Notes: generated by a model not told the origin, from the sequence alone. DNA of 64,000 bases from Amoebidium appalachense (GCA_963693365.1 CAVNZM010000003.1:8899808-8963807); one strand, 5' to 3'; positions 1 through 13,890 are shown, numbered from the stretch's first letter. Translations and numbers: made by a program.

Positions 1-332
1 GTCGTTTATTTATATACCATCATATATATAATGTATAAATCATTAGCCACCAACACGTCACACATACACTAGTTGTTTCTTCTATATATATTTATATATC
101 GTCATTGGCTACCGTCATCTTCCGAGTCTTCAGAGGCAACCGTCGTTGTGTGCTTCTTCCGTTTTGGTTTTCTTCCCCGGCTTGCACCTTCAAGTCTTCT
201 CCATTGTCTTCTCGAGTGGGGAAACTTAACTGTGACTTCACGGCACCTGCTCCTACATGTGTGAGAGTCTTAACATCAACAGTCACATCAACAAACTTCA
301 CGAGAACCCAACTTCCAACCCTTGAGTGGGGA

Positions 333-1036
333 TGTCATCTTCACTTGATTCTCAGCAAGACTTAGAAGTTGAGTTTTGTATTTATTAGTTGTTGTAGTTT
401 GTTTCCTTTTCCTTTCTTCATTTCTTTCTTTCTTTTCTGTTTCCGTGTACACGACATCTTAGATCTGTGTACGTATCGACATACTTAGCTCGCGCACACG
501 TATTGTCGTTTGCGTCAAAATCTATATATGTCATCCAATCATATCTCGTTTGTATTTTCCCAAATATAGTAACTTACATTCCTTTCTCATTCCTTTCTCA
601 CGACGTAGCATTGTGCTATGTTCTCCAACTATTAGGAATAATTATATTTAGACGTGTTATGATAAGAACATGTATAAATGTATGTTATGAATTAATAGTT
701 ACATAAGTGGTTTCATTTTGTTAAATGTTTCCGTGCTTTTATTAGAAGTTTCTTTCATTAGAGGATTGAGTTTTATATTCTATGTGTCGACAGACATTTT
801 AATCGATATATTTTACACTCATAGTTTTCGTTCTTTTGATTGGTTTATCGTTTCACATTCCCAAGTATAAAAGGGACCTCATCTTGAAATAAATCATAAG
901 CAGTCGTATTCACTTCCTATGGTTCCAGAAATCGTTCCACCTCTCCGGTTGTGTTTTTCCCGTGTGTCTCTGTGTTGTGTATATCATAACACCCATCTGT
1001 GCTCTCTGCTTCTCCGTTTACCCACACAAAATAACA
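333..1036 (+). mobile_element. Putative 3' LTR (type C) of an LTR retrotransposon whose body lies upstream of the window
   Basis: Preceded by PPT-like GAGTGGGGA (324-332). Starts TGTCA and ends AATAACA. TATAAAA at 866 and AATAAA at 888. Its 3' end resembles the end of 2093-2523. Followed directly by copia 3'UTR sequence. Confidence 0.55.
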
Positions 1037-2094
1037 TTCCCCCCCCCCCCCTCCCCCCCCCCTTCCCCCCCCCCCTCCCCCCCCCTTCCCCCCCCCCCCC
1101 GGGAAAAGTACACACTTTAATTTTTTTTTTTTCGTTTCTGTTCTCAAGTGGGGAGATTTCACTAGTTCAGTGGGGATATGATAACACAAACTTCAAAGTC
1201 TTAAGTGGGGATGTTGTAATACGTAGTATTTACATATGGTAAGATCTTCATAGTTTGTGTTATGTTTCAGTTCATATGCTTAGTGCAAATGCCACACTCC
1301 TATTATGTAAAGTGTAGCATCGATCTCCGATATGCTTGTATACTTGTAATCGTGTTGTATCGGCTTTAATCGTGTATTGTGATATCGATTAGAATATTTA
1401 TTTGTGTGTACACGGATCCACCCACTCAGGGAGAGACGTGTACATGTTTGTGTGTACATAAATATCTCTGGTTATAGTTATGCTATTACTATCTTGTTTG
1501 TTGATCTGTGCTCTCTTTTCCTTCCTCTTTCTCCTTCCTTATTTTCTTTTCTTTCTCTCCTTGTCTTCATGTGTATAATCGTATTTCTTTTCTACTAATA
1601 TATGTTAGGTAGATTTGTGTTACTTAATACGTGTTCATTGGACGGTAACACACTTACTAGTAGGCTACACTTAGAATAACATGTGTGTTTAGACTTCGTT
1701 AATTTACTTTAGTTTTCATGTGTTGCCGGGCTTTAACCAATCATCAAGGTTAAGTGTGATATGTCTGAGTCTTTGCAGTGTGTCATAGGTTAGAACTTCC
1801 TTGATGATGACACGAGTTGATCTTAACTAGTGTCTGTGTCCTATCGTGTACGTCTCCGCGTACCAGATCTCTCTGAAAGCAATTGGTTCTTAGTGATTGG
1901 TTTCTATTAGAGATAGATCTGATTTCCGACTGGTCGGAAATCATGTATGGATTGGACTTAGAGGAATTTCAGGTATTTATTCGAAGATCAGAATAAATTC
2001 AGTTCAGTCGTGTCTAAACATTGATGTCTGTTGGGTACACTGCTCCGATCGTTCCGTGTTGTGTGTGTCTTGGTGTTTTCACACTGCACCACTG
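1037..2094 (+). mobile_element. 3' end of a copia-family copy: 3'UTR/PPT (1037-1211) plus type-A LTR (1212-~2094) missing its last ~38 bp
   Basis: Near-identical to the 3'UTR and LTR at ~48810-49895. PPT AAGTGGGGA is followed by TGTTGTAATACG. Confidence 0.9.
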
Positions 2095-2523
2095 TTTATT
2101 GTAATGTGTCTTCACTTTGAGAGTGTCGACTATAAGGAAAGTGGCATATTTAAATGAGTTTCTTTATAGAGACGAGTATAAATATATATGTGCATTAATA
2201 GTGACAAGATATATAATTACGTAAGTTATTTAAGTAAGAGTTTATAAGCTTTAGTTAAGTCGGAAGTTGGAATGCGTATGCTCTGTTGGAATGTGTTTTT
2301 CTATCATCTGGTACTATCCGATTGGTTCTCCCCATTTAGTTGAGATAAGATGATAAGTCGCAAGTACAAAAAGAACCGAGAGCACAATAAAGGATCAGTT
2401 GTTGTTTGAAATCTTTCAATGTGTCGTGAACAACTCCGATTGCCCTCTCTTTATTGTGTTAGTCGTGTTTTACATAACACCTCTGTGCGCTCTGTTCCCT
2501 TAGACCCGTACAAAACAACAACA
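2093..2523 (+). mobile_element. Putative short LTR (type D) abutting the truncated type-A LTR
   Basis: TG...CA termini. The 3' end (cataacacctctgtgcgctctg...caaaacaaca) aligns by eye with the type-C end. CCAC lies on both sides. Confidence 0.4.
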
Positions 2524-2622
2524 CCACCCATAGCACTATTAGCATAATTTGGCAGCACGGTTTAAATTTGCCATCCCCCTCCCCCCACCCCTCACCCTCT
2601 CCTCCCCCCCCCCCCCCTCCAC

Positions 2623-2665
<43 letters not shown>

Positions 2666-2925
2666 CTGCCTCTTCCTTTTGTGGGGAAAACCAAAGCGTT
2701 GCAACACCATTCACCTTGCAACCTGTCCCCAACACACTCACAAGCACGAACACATGACACCCCGGCAACCACCCTTCAGAGACTGCCCCATATAGGTGCA
2801 AAAAAAAGTTCTTTATAAACTCAAAAAAAAAAGATGAGGAATATGGGTCGACCAACATGTGTGTATGGTTCTGCGTCTCGACGAGTGGTAACCGGTGGTT
2901 GGGAAGAGGGAGAGGGTGCACTGGA

Positions 2926-3237
2926 GGGGGGGGGGGGGGGGGGGAGAGCGCACTTTCCCCACTACTAGTTACCCTAAAAATCCAAGAGGCCGTAGAATAG
3001 GAGTAGAAAAGAGAGAGAGAGAGATAAAGCATTGGACCTTCCCCACCCCTAAGTGACGATGTTTGGCCAGGCAGAGAAGACTTCATAATCATTGTAGAAA
3101 TCAGTTCATAAAATTATTTATAAAAAAAATTTAGGAATGGCGCAATCTCAACCAAATTTTGTGTGGACCAATATTAATAATTTTTAGGGTAACTAGTAGT
3201 GGGGAAAGTGCGCTGCCCCCCCCCCCCCCCCCCCCCC
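2926..3237. repeat. MITE-like element with a perfect 35-bp inverted repeat
   Basis: AGCGCACTTTCCCCACTACTAGTTACCCTAAAAAT (2947-2981) and its exact reverse complement (3180-3214), extended outward by poly-G and poly-C. Confidence 0.7.
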
Positions 3238-3436
3238 GTTCTTCACTCGGGGCTGGGGACGCGGAGGGTAAGGGGGGCCGAAGATATGTGTGCCTTTCAG
3301 TGGAAAAGATTACCTGGGCCGTCAATCATGCATGTGATCGAAAGGGAGGAGGGAATTGGGGAGGGGGGGGGGGGGGGGGGGGAGGGGGCTCCCAATGAGT
3401 ATTGTGTGTGGGCCCGGGCCCGGGGGGAGAGGGCCT

Positions 3437-3480
<44 letters not shown>

Positions 3481-4310
3481 ATATGTGCATGTGTAGCTAT
3501 AGTGAGCCGATGTAGGAACACACCCTCATATTGTGTTATCTTTATAATCGCCAAAGTGCAAGAGTCATATTGCTTTTAGTCACTATTCCTACTTTATTAT
3601 TATTTTATAAAAATCAGACATCTAGTGCACACCCAATGCAACATCTAAGTTAAAAAGATTCGTTCGATGTCTAGCGTTAATCCTAGTCTCCTAAAAAGGA
3701 AAACCACAAAAGAATTAGATGTACTTGCACTAAGACACACGTACCAAGGGTTACAGCTAGTATCTTAAATCAGCCAATCGTATGTCTAGTACGTTAGCTT
3801 TATATCCACAAACAAGCTTAATGTTGCCTTGAGATTAAAATGTCGCATCAAAACAGGCTGTGCCTCCTACTAGTGCCCATAATCACCATCTGTGCAGAAC
3901 CTGCCACTACCCCCCCCCCCCCCCCCCCCCCCGGCCCCACCCCCCACCCCCCCCCCCCCCCACCCCCCTTCCCCCCCCCCCCCCCCCAGGACCCCCCATC
4001 GGTCCTTCCCTCCCTCCTAATACCATGTTATAATGGGCCTCTATAAGGACGTTATGAGGAGTTAGATATAAAGAAAGAAGGAACACGAAACGAAACCACC
4101 ACACAATTTTAGACTAACAGTACCACCACAACTAAATTCATAGAAGTCATTAGACTAGCCTTAGTCCGGCTGAGGCTACCACCTGCATACCAACTAATAC
4201 TCGAAATTATCAGACAGTTCAGTGGTTTCCTATTTAAATCAGTAACCCATTAATACATTGTCTACGGTTGCTACATACGTCACATAGACCATAAAAGAGT
4301 AAACATACTA

Positions 4311-6130
4311 CTACTGCGAGCACGACATTTTCCTGATATCAATAGCCAAAAACCTAGCCCAGTTTCCAGGAATTTTTGCCTTTTTACCATAAACCTTACA
4401 CTCCCTATCCGCCGCGCTCTTAACCGCCAACCTTTGTGCCCTTTTCGTCGTTGAACCCTGCACCGCCTTTGCCTGTTTTGCAATGACCTGTGCCTTAGCA
4501 ACCACCGCAGCACGTTCGTTCTTCTCCCTCCTCTCCTGTCCGGTTTTTGACGGGCCGGACTGAAGCACCAACAACGTCGTATTCGTGTCCGGTTTGACGT
4601 TGGCAACTTCGCTTTGCGCCTGGAGATCGACCACAATGGGGGTGGTGGGGACAATTTCGCTCAGAGCAGGAGAGAACTTATCCCCAAGTGCGGCCTTCAC
4701 AGCGAGATCTGGGGCACTGGTTGGTGCGGGACCCGTTGCGTCTAGCGGCGTCAAACCCCCATTCACACTGGCATCGTCGTCTTCTTGTTCATCTGAGTCA
4801 TCATCATCGTGCTGGGAAGAGTCTGTTGGTGGAGCGGCTGGTTGTAGTTTCGATAGAGCAACCGGTTGTGCGAAAACCCCGCTGTCAACCCCGGTAACAG
4901 GAACTTTGGGTGGGGTATCCTGATGTTGTGTGGGATTTCCGCCATTGCCGCCGACAAAAGGAACAGTGGGTGGAATATCCGGTTGGGCAGCAATTCCGTC
5001 GGCGCTGGCAACAGCTGGAACATCAGCGACCTGCCGCCGCTTGGCCGTGGTATGCGAGGTGCCGTTGCCAACCCAAGGGATATCCTTAGGGCACGCCGTC
5101 AAAAGTTCCTTGCTCAATGTGCGATCAAAAACATCGAGCGCATAGGTATAACCAATCTGGTGAATGTCGTTAACCATGCGCGGCGTGACGCGTGTTGGGA
5201 ACACGGGCATGGGATCGTCAAATCCGTGCGCGACATCTACAAATGGGTCCGGTGCGTAGATGATGTCGCTAACCGCACCTGTGGTCGGCGCTTTGTCCGT
5301 CCCCTGACATGACTGCCACATGGCCCACACCTTATCCACCATGCAGTGATGCAGCCAGAAGATTGGGTCGTTGGGCGCGTAGAGAATGTTGTTCATCGTT
5401 CCACCGGATCCGCCCACGTACACGTGCACCAACGCGTGCCAACCCTTGAGTTCATTGGACATGTCGCTGAATGCCGGCGTGTTCACCAACATGTTGATGA
5501 CTTCAATGGGACCTGGGGGGCGCCACCCCCTCCCGAACGGGCGGGTCACACACGAACCGGTCGATGTTGGGTAGCGGATTCGACCGATGAAATTGTCGAT
5601 CATGCAACTAGTACCCGTGCCGTTAAAGTCGCTAATCACGGAGATGACGGGCGTAACATTGGGATCATCTTTAACGTCCTGTGTCCAATCCCAGTATGGG
5701 ATAGTGAGGCATTGGAACTGCGGCCCCAAGGCGCGTAGTTGTTGCTCGAAGAAAACAAGGTAGTGTCGATGCCAAGCGAGAAAAGCATTACTGGTATGTC
5801 CGTAGGTATTGGTGAGGCTGTCCCAATGATATTTCATGACTTTCGTCCAACCACCAGAGGCAAAAAGCGCACGCAGTGCATCAATGAATGTTTGCTGTTG
5901 TAGAATGGTGAGCTCGCGCCATTCTCGACGAATTCGTAGACCACGGCTGTCGATTAAACCTGTGCATTGGATGGGGAGCTGGGTGGGTTCGGGAGCAATC
6001 GAAGGTGTGGTGGTGGTGGTGGTGGTTGTGGTAGTCGTGGTGGGTGGGCGTGTCGTTGTAGTGGTGGTGGTGGTGGTCGTTGTTGGGCGAGAAGTGGTTG
6101 TTGTTGTTGTTGTGGTGGTGGTGGTGGTTG
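4311..6130 (-). CDS. Tyrosinase / type-3 di-copper oxidase with Thr-rich linker; 5' exon structure unresolved
   Basis: RIRREWREL, CuA histidines (YHW, GHT, FLAWHR), IPYWDW, CuB histidines (WHALVHVYVGG, PNDPIFWLHHCMVDKVW). Upstream of ~6130 the ORF runs into (CT)n and poly-C, probably intron. Confidence 0.9.
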
Positions 6131-6147
6131 GGGGGGGGGGGGGGGAG

Positions 6148-6200
<53 letters not shown>

Positions 6201-7299
6201 AAGAGAGATGGAGAGAGTGAGGGAGTGAGGGAACGGCACCGAGAAAGAGGAGGGGAATGAGGTACTCCAGAGACGCAGGGGGCTTGGGGGGGGGGGGGGA
6301 GGCCTAACCCTGCTCCTCTTTCTGTTCCTTCCCTCTCTGATGTTGTCTTCGTGTTTGTTATTCTCCAACTTCTTCTCCTGTTTTTCGCAACAGTAAATCT
6401 GTGCTGGTCCTCTTCGTCTCTTCCTCACAAATCCCCACGGAGGACCCCTGCTCTCCCAGACATAGCTGTACGAACGAGCGTCCCCACGTATATTTTGCAC
6501 CGTTCGAACCCCCCCCCCCCCCCCCCCCCCCCGGAAGGCCCCGGTGGCCTAGTCTTCAAACAGAAGTGCCATCATCCTTTCTCTTTTCTTTCTGGCTGCT
6601 GATTGCTTTGTGTCTGTCCCCCTCCCTTGTGCTACCACCACCCGCTTTCTCCCTCGTTCAGCAGTTATCGATTTTGATGACTGCTGGCATCCAGTTGTTG
6701 CAGTCCTCATGTTCGCGGCAAACGTTTTTACTTTTGCCCCCCCCCCCCCCCCCCCCCTATTCCCCCCGTTTCCACTCTTCTGCCTATTGCAATCATTCCT
6801 GCCTTCTTCCTAAGCTCCCCCTCTCCACCCCACCCCTCCCCTTCTGCGTATTATACTGGTCTTCATTTTGGGGTTCTAAATAACCCCCCCTCCCCCCTCC
6901 CCTTCGTCAGGTGTATGTTTTATTTGTATGTCTCGCATACTCTGCCTTTGAACCGTGTTAGTATTCTACGTGGCTCTTAAGCTTTTACCTGCTTCAACTG
7001 CCATCCTCCCAATGGGTCCTATATAAGTATCTCTTGCCTGAACAATTTTTATTTACTGGTTTTTGCCTTTATGTTTTTTGTGTATATGATTCTGAATTCC
7101 TTTGCCTCGGCAAGTTCCCCTCTCTAACGCATATACCTCCCCCCCCCCCCCTCTCCCTCTCGGCATTCATTGCCGTGGAAACGGACACGGCACTCATTCC
7201 TTAAACATATACACCGACCCAAAAATCAAGGCCCCACACGTACACAGATGCGCAAACACATTAGCTCCGATGTACCTCATATGCACACACACCACATAC

Positions 7300-7368
7300 A
7301 CACAAAATGTGTGCAGGCATAGGCTCACTCGCACTCGCACTCGTACGTGCACACACAAACACCACACA

Positions 7369-7409
<41 letters not shown>

Positions 7410-7596
7410 TATAAATATATATATGCACACCAACAGCGAAAAGAACACCCAGACCCCTTCCGTACTATGGTCCAGCGATATCGTGCTTCTTCCATGATCC
7501 CTTTGCTCTCTCTCTCTCTCTCTCTCCCCCCCCCCCCCCCCCCCCCTCCCCTCCCCAAACCCACCTTCCCCTCTCCGGACACACCACACACGAACA

Positions 7597-7693
<97 letters not shown>

Positions 7694-8658
7694 CAGCACC
7701 GAAAAGAACATCCAGACCCCCCCCCCCCCCCGTATTATGGTCCAGTCCCCCCCCCCCCCCCCCAAACTCTCCACTTACCCTTCCCCTCGCACACCACAAA
7801 CGATCACGCGGGCAGCCACCAAAAGGCAGACAAAGCACACACACACACACACGCGCGCACGCACACACACACACACATACACACATACACACACACACAC
7901 ACACAGGACTACGACACATACAGCTATTGACAGCAGGAGCAGGTCGGGACCCCTAGGTTATGGCCGGTCAGTGAGGTAATTGCTTGCAGGCATTTGGCGG
8001 AGCCTCCCCCCCTCCTCCCCCCCCCTCCCCCCCCCCCCCCCCCCCCCTCCCCCCAACTATCTCCAACTCCCTCTTCCCCTCTCTCTTCCACCTTTGAACC
8101 TTTCCACGTTTCTATGCACAGACAGCCCCCCCCCCCCCCCCCCCTTCCCGGACACACATAAAAGGAAGGCACAACACACGCAACCCCCTCCCCCCCCCCC
8201 CCCCTTCCTCCCCCCTGTAATCCGTAACCTCTTCTACCTTTCCACCTTTGTACCTTTCTATCCTTTACGTCTCCTAACGTGTTGCCCCATTTTGTCCCCT
8301 CTCATTCAATCAGTATTTATCATATCTTCTCTCCGTTCATCCCCCTCCCCCCTCTCCAAGGCTCAAGCCCGGTGTGCGCACATGCATCCTTACTTCCTTC
8401 CACGTGCCTTTTCCTTTCTCCCTTGCTATTTTTACCTTTGTACAACTCTACCTTTATACCTTTACATTTTGTACCTTTCAATCCTTTACGGCTCCAATCA
8501 CCCAGGGGAATAGGTCGAAACTCGGGTACTGTGGATGACGTGGGCCCCCCTGAGGATGGGCTCTGCTTATTATGCATACTCTTTATGTATGGCTTGCATT
8601 CGCATCGTGTTATCCGTTTGTTCTTGTGTACTTCGTACTTTTTGACGCATTCAACCCC

Positions 8659-8689
<31 letters not shown>

Positions 8690-8837
8690 ACACATACACA
8701 CCCCTCCCCGCCTCTCACTTAATATTTATCATTTCTTCTCCCCCTTCCCTCCCCCTCTCCACCCACACCTCCCCTCGCACACCACACACGATCATGTGGG
8801 CAGCCACAAAAAGGCATGCACCCACCCACCCACCCAC

Positions 8838-8881
<44 letters not shown>

Positions 8882-9199
8882 ACTACGACACATACAGCTA
8901 TTGACAGCAGGGGCAGGTCGGGACCCCTAGGTTATGGCTGGTAAGTGAGGTATTTGCTTGCAGGCATTTGGCCGAGCCTCCCCCCTTTCCACCCCCTCCC
9001 CCAGCTATCTCCAACTCCCTCTTCTTTTCCCCTCTCTCTTGCACCTTGAACCTGTCCACATTTCTATGCACAGACAGCCTCCCCCTCCCCCCCCCCTCCC
9101 CTCCCCCCCCCCTCCCCCCCCCCCTCCCCCAAACCCACACACACACACACCATCGGTTGTGTCTGTCTCTGTGGATACATCTACAGGCTCTCTTTTACG

Positions 9200-9235
<36 letters not shown>

Positions 9236-9571
9236 TTCCCGGACACACATAAAAGGAAGGCACAACACACGCAACCCCCCCCCCCCCCCCCCCCCCCCCC
9301 TTCCTCCCCCCTGTAATCCGTAACCTCTTCTACCTTTCCACCTTTGTATCTTTCTATCCTTTACGTCTCCTAACGTGTTGCCCCCCTTTGTCCCCTCTCA
9401 TTCAATCAGTATTTACCATATCTTCTCCCCGTTCATCCCCCTCCCCCCTCTCCAAGGCTCAAGCCCGGTGTGCGCACATGCATCCTTACTTCCTTCCACG
9501 TATACAACTCTACCTTTATACCTTTACATTTTGTACCTTTCAATCCTTTACGGCTCCAATCACCCCCCCTC

Positions 9572-9620
<49 letters not shown>

Positions 9621-9746
9621 ACATACACACCCCTCCCCGCCTCTCACTCAATATTTATCATTTCTTCTCCCCCTTCCCTCCCCCTCTCCACCCACACCTC
9701 CCCTCGCACACCACACACGATCATGTGGGCAGCCACAAAAAGGCAT

Positions 9747-9807
<61 letters not shown>

Positions 9808-10114
9808 ACTACGACACATACAGCTATTGACAGCAGGGGCAGGTCGGGACCCCTAGGTTATGGCTGGTCAGTGAGGTATTTGCTTGCAGGCATTTGGCCG
9901 AGCCTCCTCCCCTTTCCACCCCTCCCCCAGCTATCTCCAACTCCCTCTTCTTTTCCCCTCTCTCTTGCACCTTGAACCTTTCCACATTTCTATGCACAGA
10001 CAGTCCCCCCCTCCCCCCCCCCCTCCCTCCCCCCCCCCCCCCCCCAAACCCACACACACACACACCATCGGTTGTGTCTGTCTCTGTGGATACATCTACA
10101 GGCTCTCTTTTACG

Positions 10115-10154
<40 letters not shown>

Positions 10155-10380
10155 ACACACATACACGGAAGACACAACACACACAACCACTCCCTCCCCC
10201 CTCGAATCCGTAACCTCTTCTACCTTTCCACGCACACACACCCGCTTCTCATTCTATATTTATCATCCCCCTCCCCCCCCCCCCCGGGATCCCCCCCGAT
10301 CCCCCCTCGCCATTCACACCTCCCCTCGCACACCACACACGATAATTTGGGTAGCCACAAGCAGGCATGCACACACACAC

Positions 10381-10462
<82 letters not shown>

Positions 10463-11018
10463 ACTACGACACATACAGCTATTGACAGCAGGGGCAGGTC
10501 GGGACCCCTAGGTTATGGCTGGTCAGTGAGGTATTTGCTTGCAGGCATTTGGCCGAGCCTCCTCCCCTTTCCACCCCTCCCCCAGCTATCTCCAACTCCC
10601 TCTTCTTTTCCCCTCTCTCTTGCACCTTGAACCTTTCCACATTTCTATGCACAGACAGTCCCCCCTCCCCCCCCCTCCCTCCCCCCCCCCTCCCCCAAAC
10701 CCACACACACACACACCATCGGTTGTGTCTGTCTCTGTGGATACATCTACAGGCTCTCTTTTACGAACCCCCCCCCCCCCCCCCCCCCCGGACACACATA
10801 CACGGAAGACACAACACACACAACCACTCCCTCCCCCCTCGAATCCGTAACCTCTTCTACCTTTCCACGCACACACACCCGCTTCTCATTCTATATTTAT
10901 CATCCCCCTCCCCCCCCCCCCCCCGGGATCCCCCCCGATCCCCCCTCGCCATTCACACCTCCCCTCGCACACCACACACGATAATTTGGGTAGCCACAAG
11001 CAGGCATGCACACACACA

Positions 11019-11056
<38 letters not shown>

Positions 11057-11217
11057 GCTACGGCACATACAGCAATCGACAGCAGGAAAAGGCAAGGCCC
11101 CTAGGTTATGGCTGGTCAGTAAGGTAATCAATCGCCTGCAGGCAATTGGCATTTGCCCCCCCCCCCCTCCCCCCCACCCCACCCCCCTACTCTCACACAC
11201 TTATACGTGCACGTAGG

Positions 11218-11248
<31 letters not shown>

Positions 11249-11301
11249 TGTTCCACCTTTCCACCTTTGTACCTTTTTTCTATCCTGTACGTCTTCTATG
11301 A

Positions 11302-11350
<49 letters not shown>

Positions 11351-11724
11351 TCATTCGATATTTATCTTATCTTCTCCCTCCTCACCCCCCTCCCACCTGC
11401 AAGAGCACAATCACGGTGTGTGAACATGAATGCATGCGACACGACACACCAACACGACATACAGCCCCATATTATCTTGTGCCATTTTCCTGCTCCCTTG
11501 CTACTTTTCAACGTTTTACAACTCTACCATTATACCTACCTTTACACCTTTGTACCTTTATACTTTAGTACCTTTACACCTTAATACCTTTATACCTTTG
11601 TTACTTTAGACCTTAATACCTTTATACCTTTGTTACTTTAGACCTTCGTACCTTTATGCCTTTGCACCTTTCTATCCTCTACGTCTCCTACCACCCCTCC
11701 CCCCCCCCCCCCCCCCCCCCACCC

Positions 11725-11781
<57 letters not shown>

Positions 11782-11859
11782 GTTCCTCGTTCAATATTTA
11801 TCATAACATCTCTCCCCGCTCTCTACCCACACCTTCCATCGCACACCACATACGAGCAG

Positions 11860-11905
<46 letters not shown>

Positions 11906-12004
11906 CCGTTCCTCGTTCAATATTTATCATAACATCTCTCCCCCCTCTCTACCCACACCTTCCATCGCACACCACATACGATCTTGCGAGCAGCCACAAA
12001 CAGG

Positions 12005-12046
<42 letters not shown>

Positions 12047-12517
12047 GCTACAACACTGCAGCTATCGACAGAGGGAGAAGTTGGAGGCCCCTAGGTTATG
12101 GCCGGTCGGTGTAAGGTGATTGCTTGCAAGCAATTGGAACCCCCCCCCCCTCCCCTCCCCTCCCCCAATACCCTCGCACACACACGTGCACATCTCACAC
12201 ACGGACGCACGCACACAAAATCTGTTCTACCTTTCCATCTTTGTACCTTTCTATCCTTTACGTGCCCTATGATGGATGCCCTGCCCCCCCCCCCCCCCCC
12301 CCCCCTCCCCCCGAGCCTCCCCTTCTTTCCACCCCTCCCCCAGCTATCTCCAACTCCCTCTTCTTTTCCCCTCTCTCTTCCACCTTGAACCTTTCCACAT
12401 TTCTATGCACAGACAGCCCCCCCCCCCCCCCCCCCCCCCTCCCCCAAACCCACACACACACACACCATCGGTTGTGTCTGTCTCTGTGGATACATCTACA
12501 GGCTCTCTTTTACGAAC

Positions 12518-12554
<37 letters not shown>

Positions 12555-12773
12555 ACACACATACACGGAAGACACAACACACACAACCACTCTCTCCCCC
12601 CTGTAATCCGTAACCTCTTCTACCTTTCCACGCACACACACCCGCTTCTCATTCTATATTTATCATTCCCCCCCCCCCCCCCCTCCCCCCCCCCCCCCCC
12701 GCGATCCCCCCTCTCCATTCACACCTCCCCTCGCACACCACACACGATAATTTGGGTAGCCACAAGCAGGCAT

Positions 12774-12838
<65 letters not shown>

Positions 12839-13069
12839 GCTACGACACATACAGCAATCGACAGCAGGAAAAGGCAAGGCCCCTAGGTTATGGTCAGTAA
12901 GGTAATCGCCTGCAGGCAAATGGCATTTGCCCCCCCCCCCCTCCCCCCACCCCACCCCCCTACTCTCACACACTTATACGTGCACGTAGGCACACACACA
13001 CACACACACACACACAATCTGTTCCACCTTTCCACCTTTGTACCTTTCTATCCTGTACGTCTTCTATGA

Positions 13070-13100
<31 letters not shown>

Positions 13101-13494
13101 CTCATTCGATATTTATCTTATCTTCTCCCTCCTCACCCCCCTCCCACCTGCAAGAGCACAATCACGGTGTGCGAACATGAATGCATGCGACACGACACAC
13201 CAACACGACATTTAGCCCCATATCATCTTGTGCCATTTTCCTGCTCCTTTTCAACGTTTTACAACTCTACCATTATACCTACCTTTGTATCTTTGTACCT
13301 TTATACTTTAGTACCTTTGTACCTTTACACCTTAATACCTTTATACCTTTGTTACTTTAAACCTTAATACCTTTATACCTTTGTTACTTTAGACCGTTCT
13401 ACCTTTATACCTTTGCACCTTTCTATCCTCTACGTCACCTACCACCCCCCCCCCCCCCCCCCCCCCCCCCTCCACCCAACACACACGCACACAC

Positions 13495-13567
<73 letters not shown>

Positions 13568-13825
13568 TTTCCTGCTCCCTTGCTTCTTTTCAACGTTTTA
13601 CATACAACTCTACCATTATACCTACCTTTACACCTTTGTACCTTTATACTTTAGTACCTTTGTACCTTTACAGCTTTATACCTTTGTTACTTTAGACCAT
13701 AATACCTTTATACCTTTGTTACTTTAGACCTTTATACCTTTATACCTTTGCACCTTTCTATCCTCTATGTCTCCTACCACCCCTACCCTCCCCCTCCCCC
13801 CCCCCCCCCCCCCCCCCCTCCACCC

Positions 13826-13890
<65 letters not shown>

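Noticed and set aside
4100-4313. TAA/TAG-to-Gln genetic code reassignment
   Set aside because: The long tyrosinase, copia and Ngaro ORFs contain many Gln codons and no internal TAR, and a TGA also interrupts the extension.
6131-6500. N-terminal ~120 aa of the 729-aa tyrosinase ORF
   Set aside because: It runs through (CT)n and poly-C from a non-ATG start and is probably intronic. The true exons cannot be defined by eye.
7950-7970. GGTTATGG in the repeated core read as a retroelement PBS
   Set aside because: The match is only 8 nt, is not preceded by an LTR end, and lies inside the exon-like unit.
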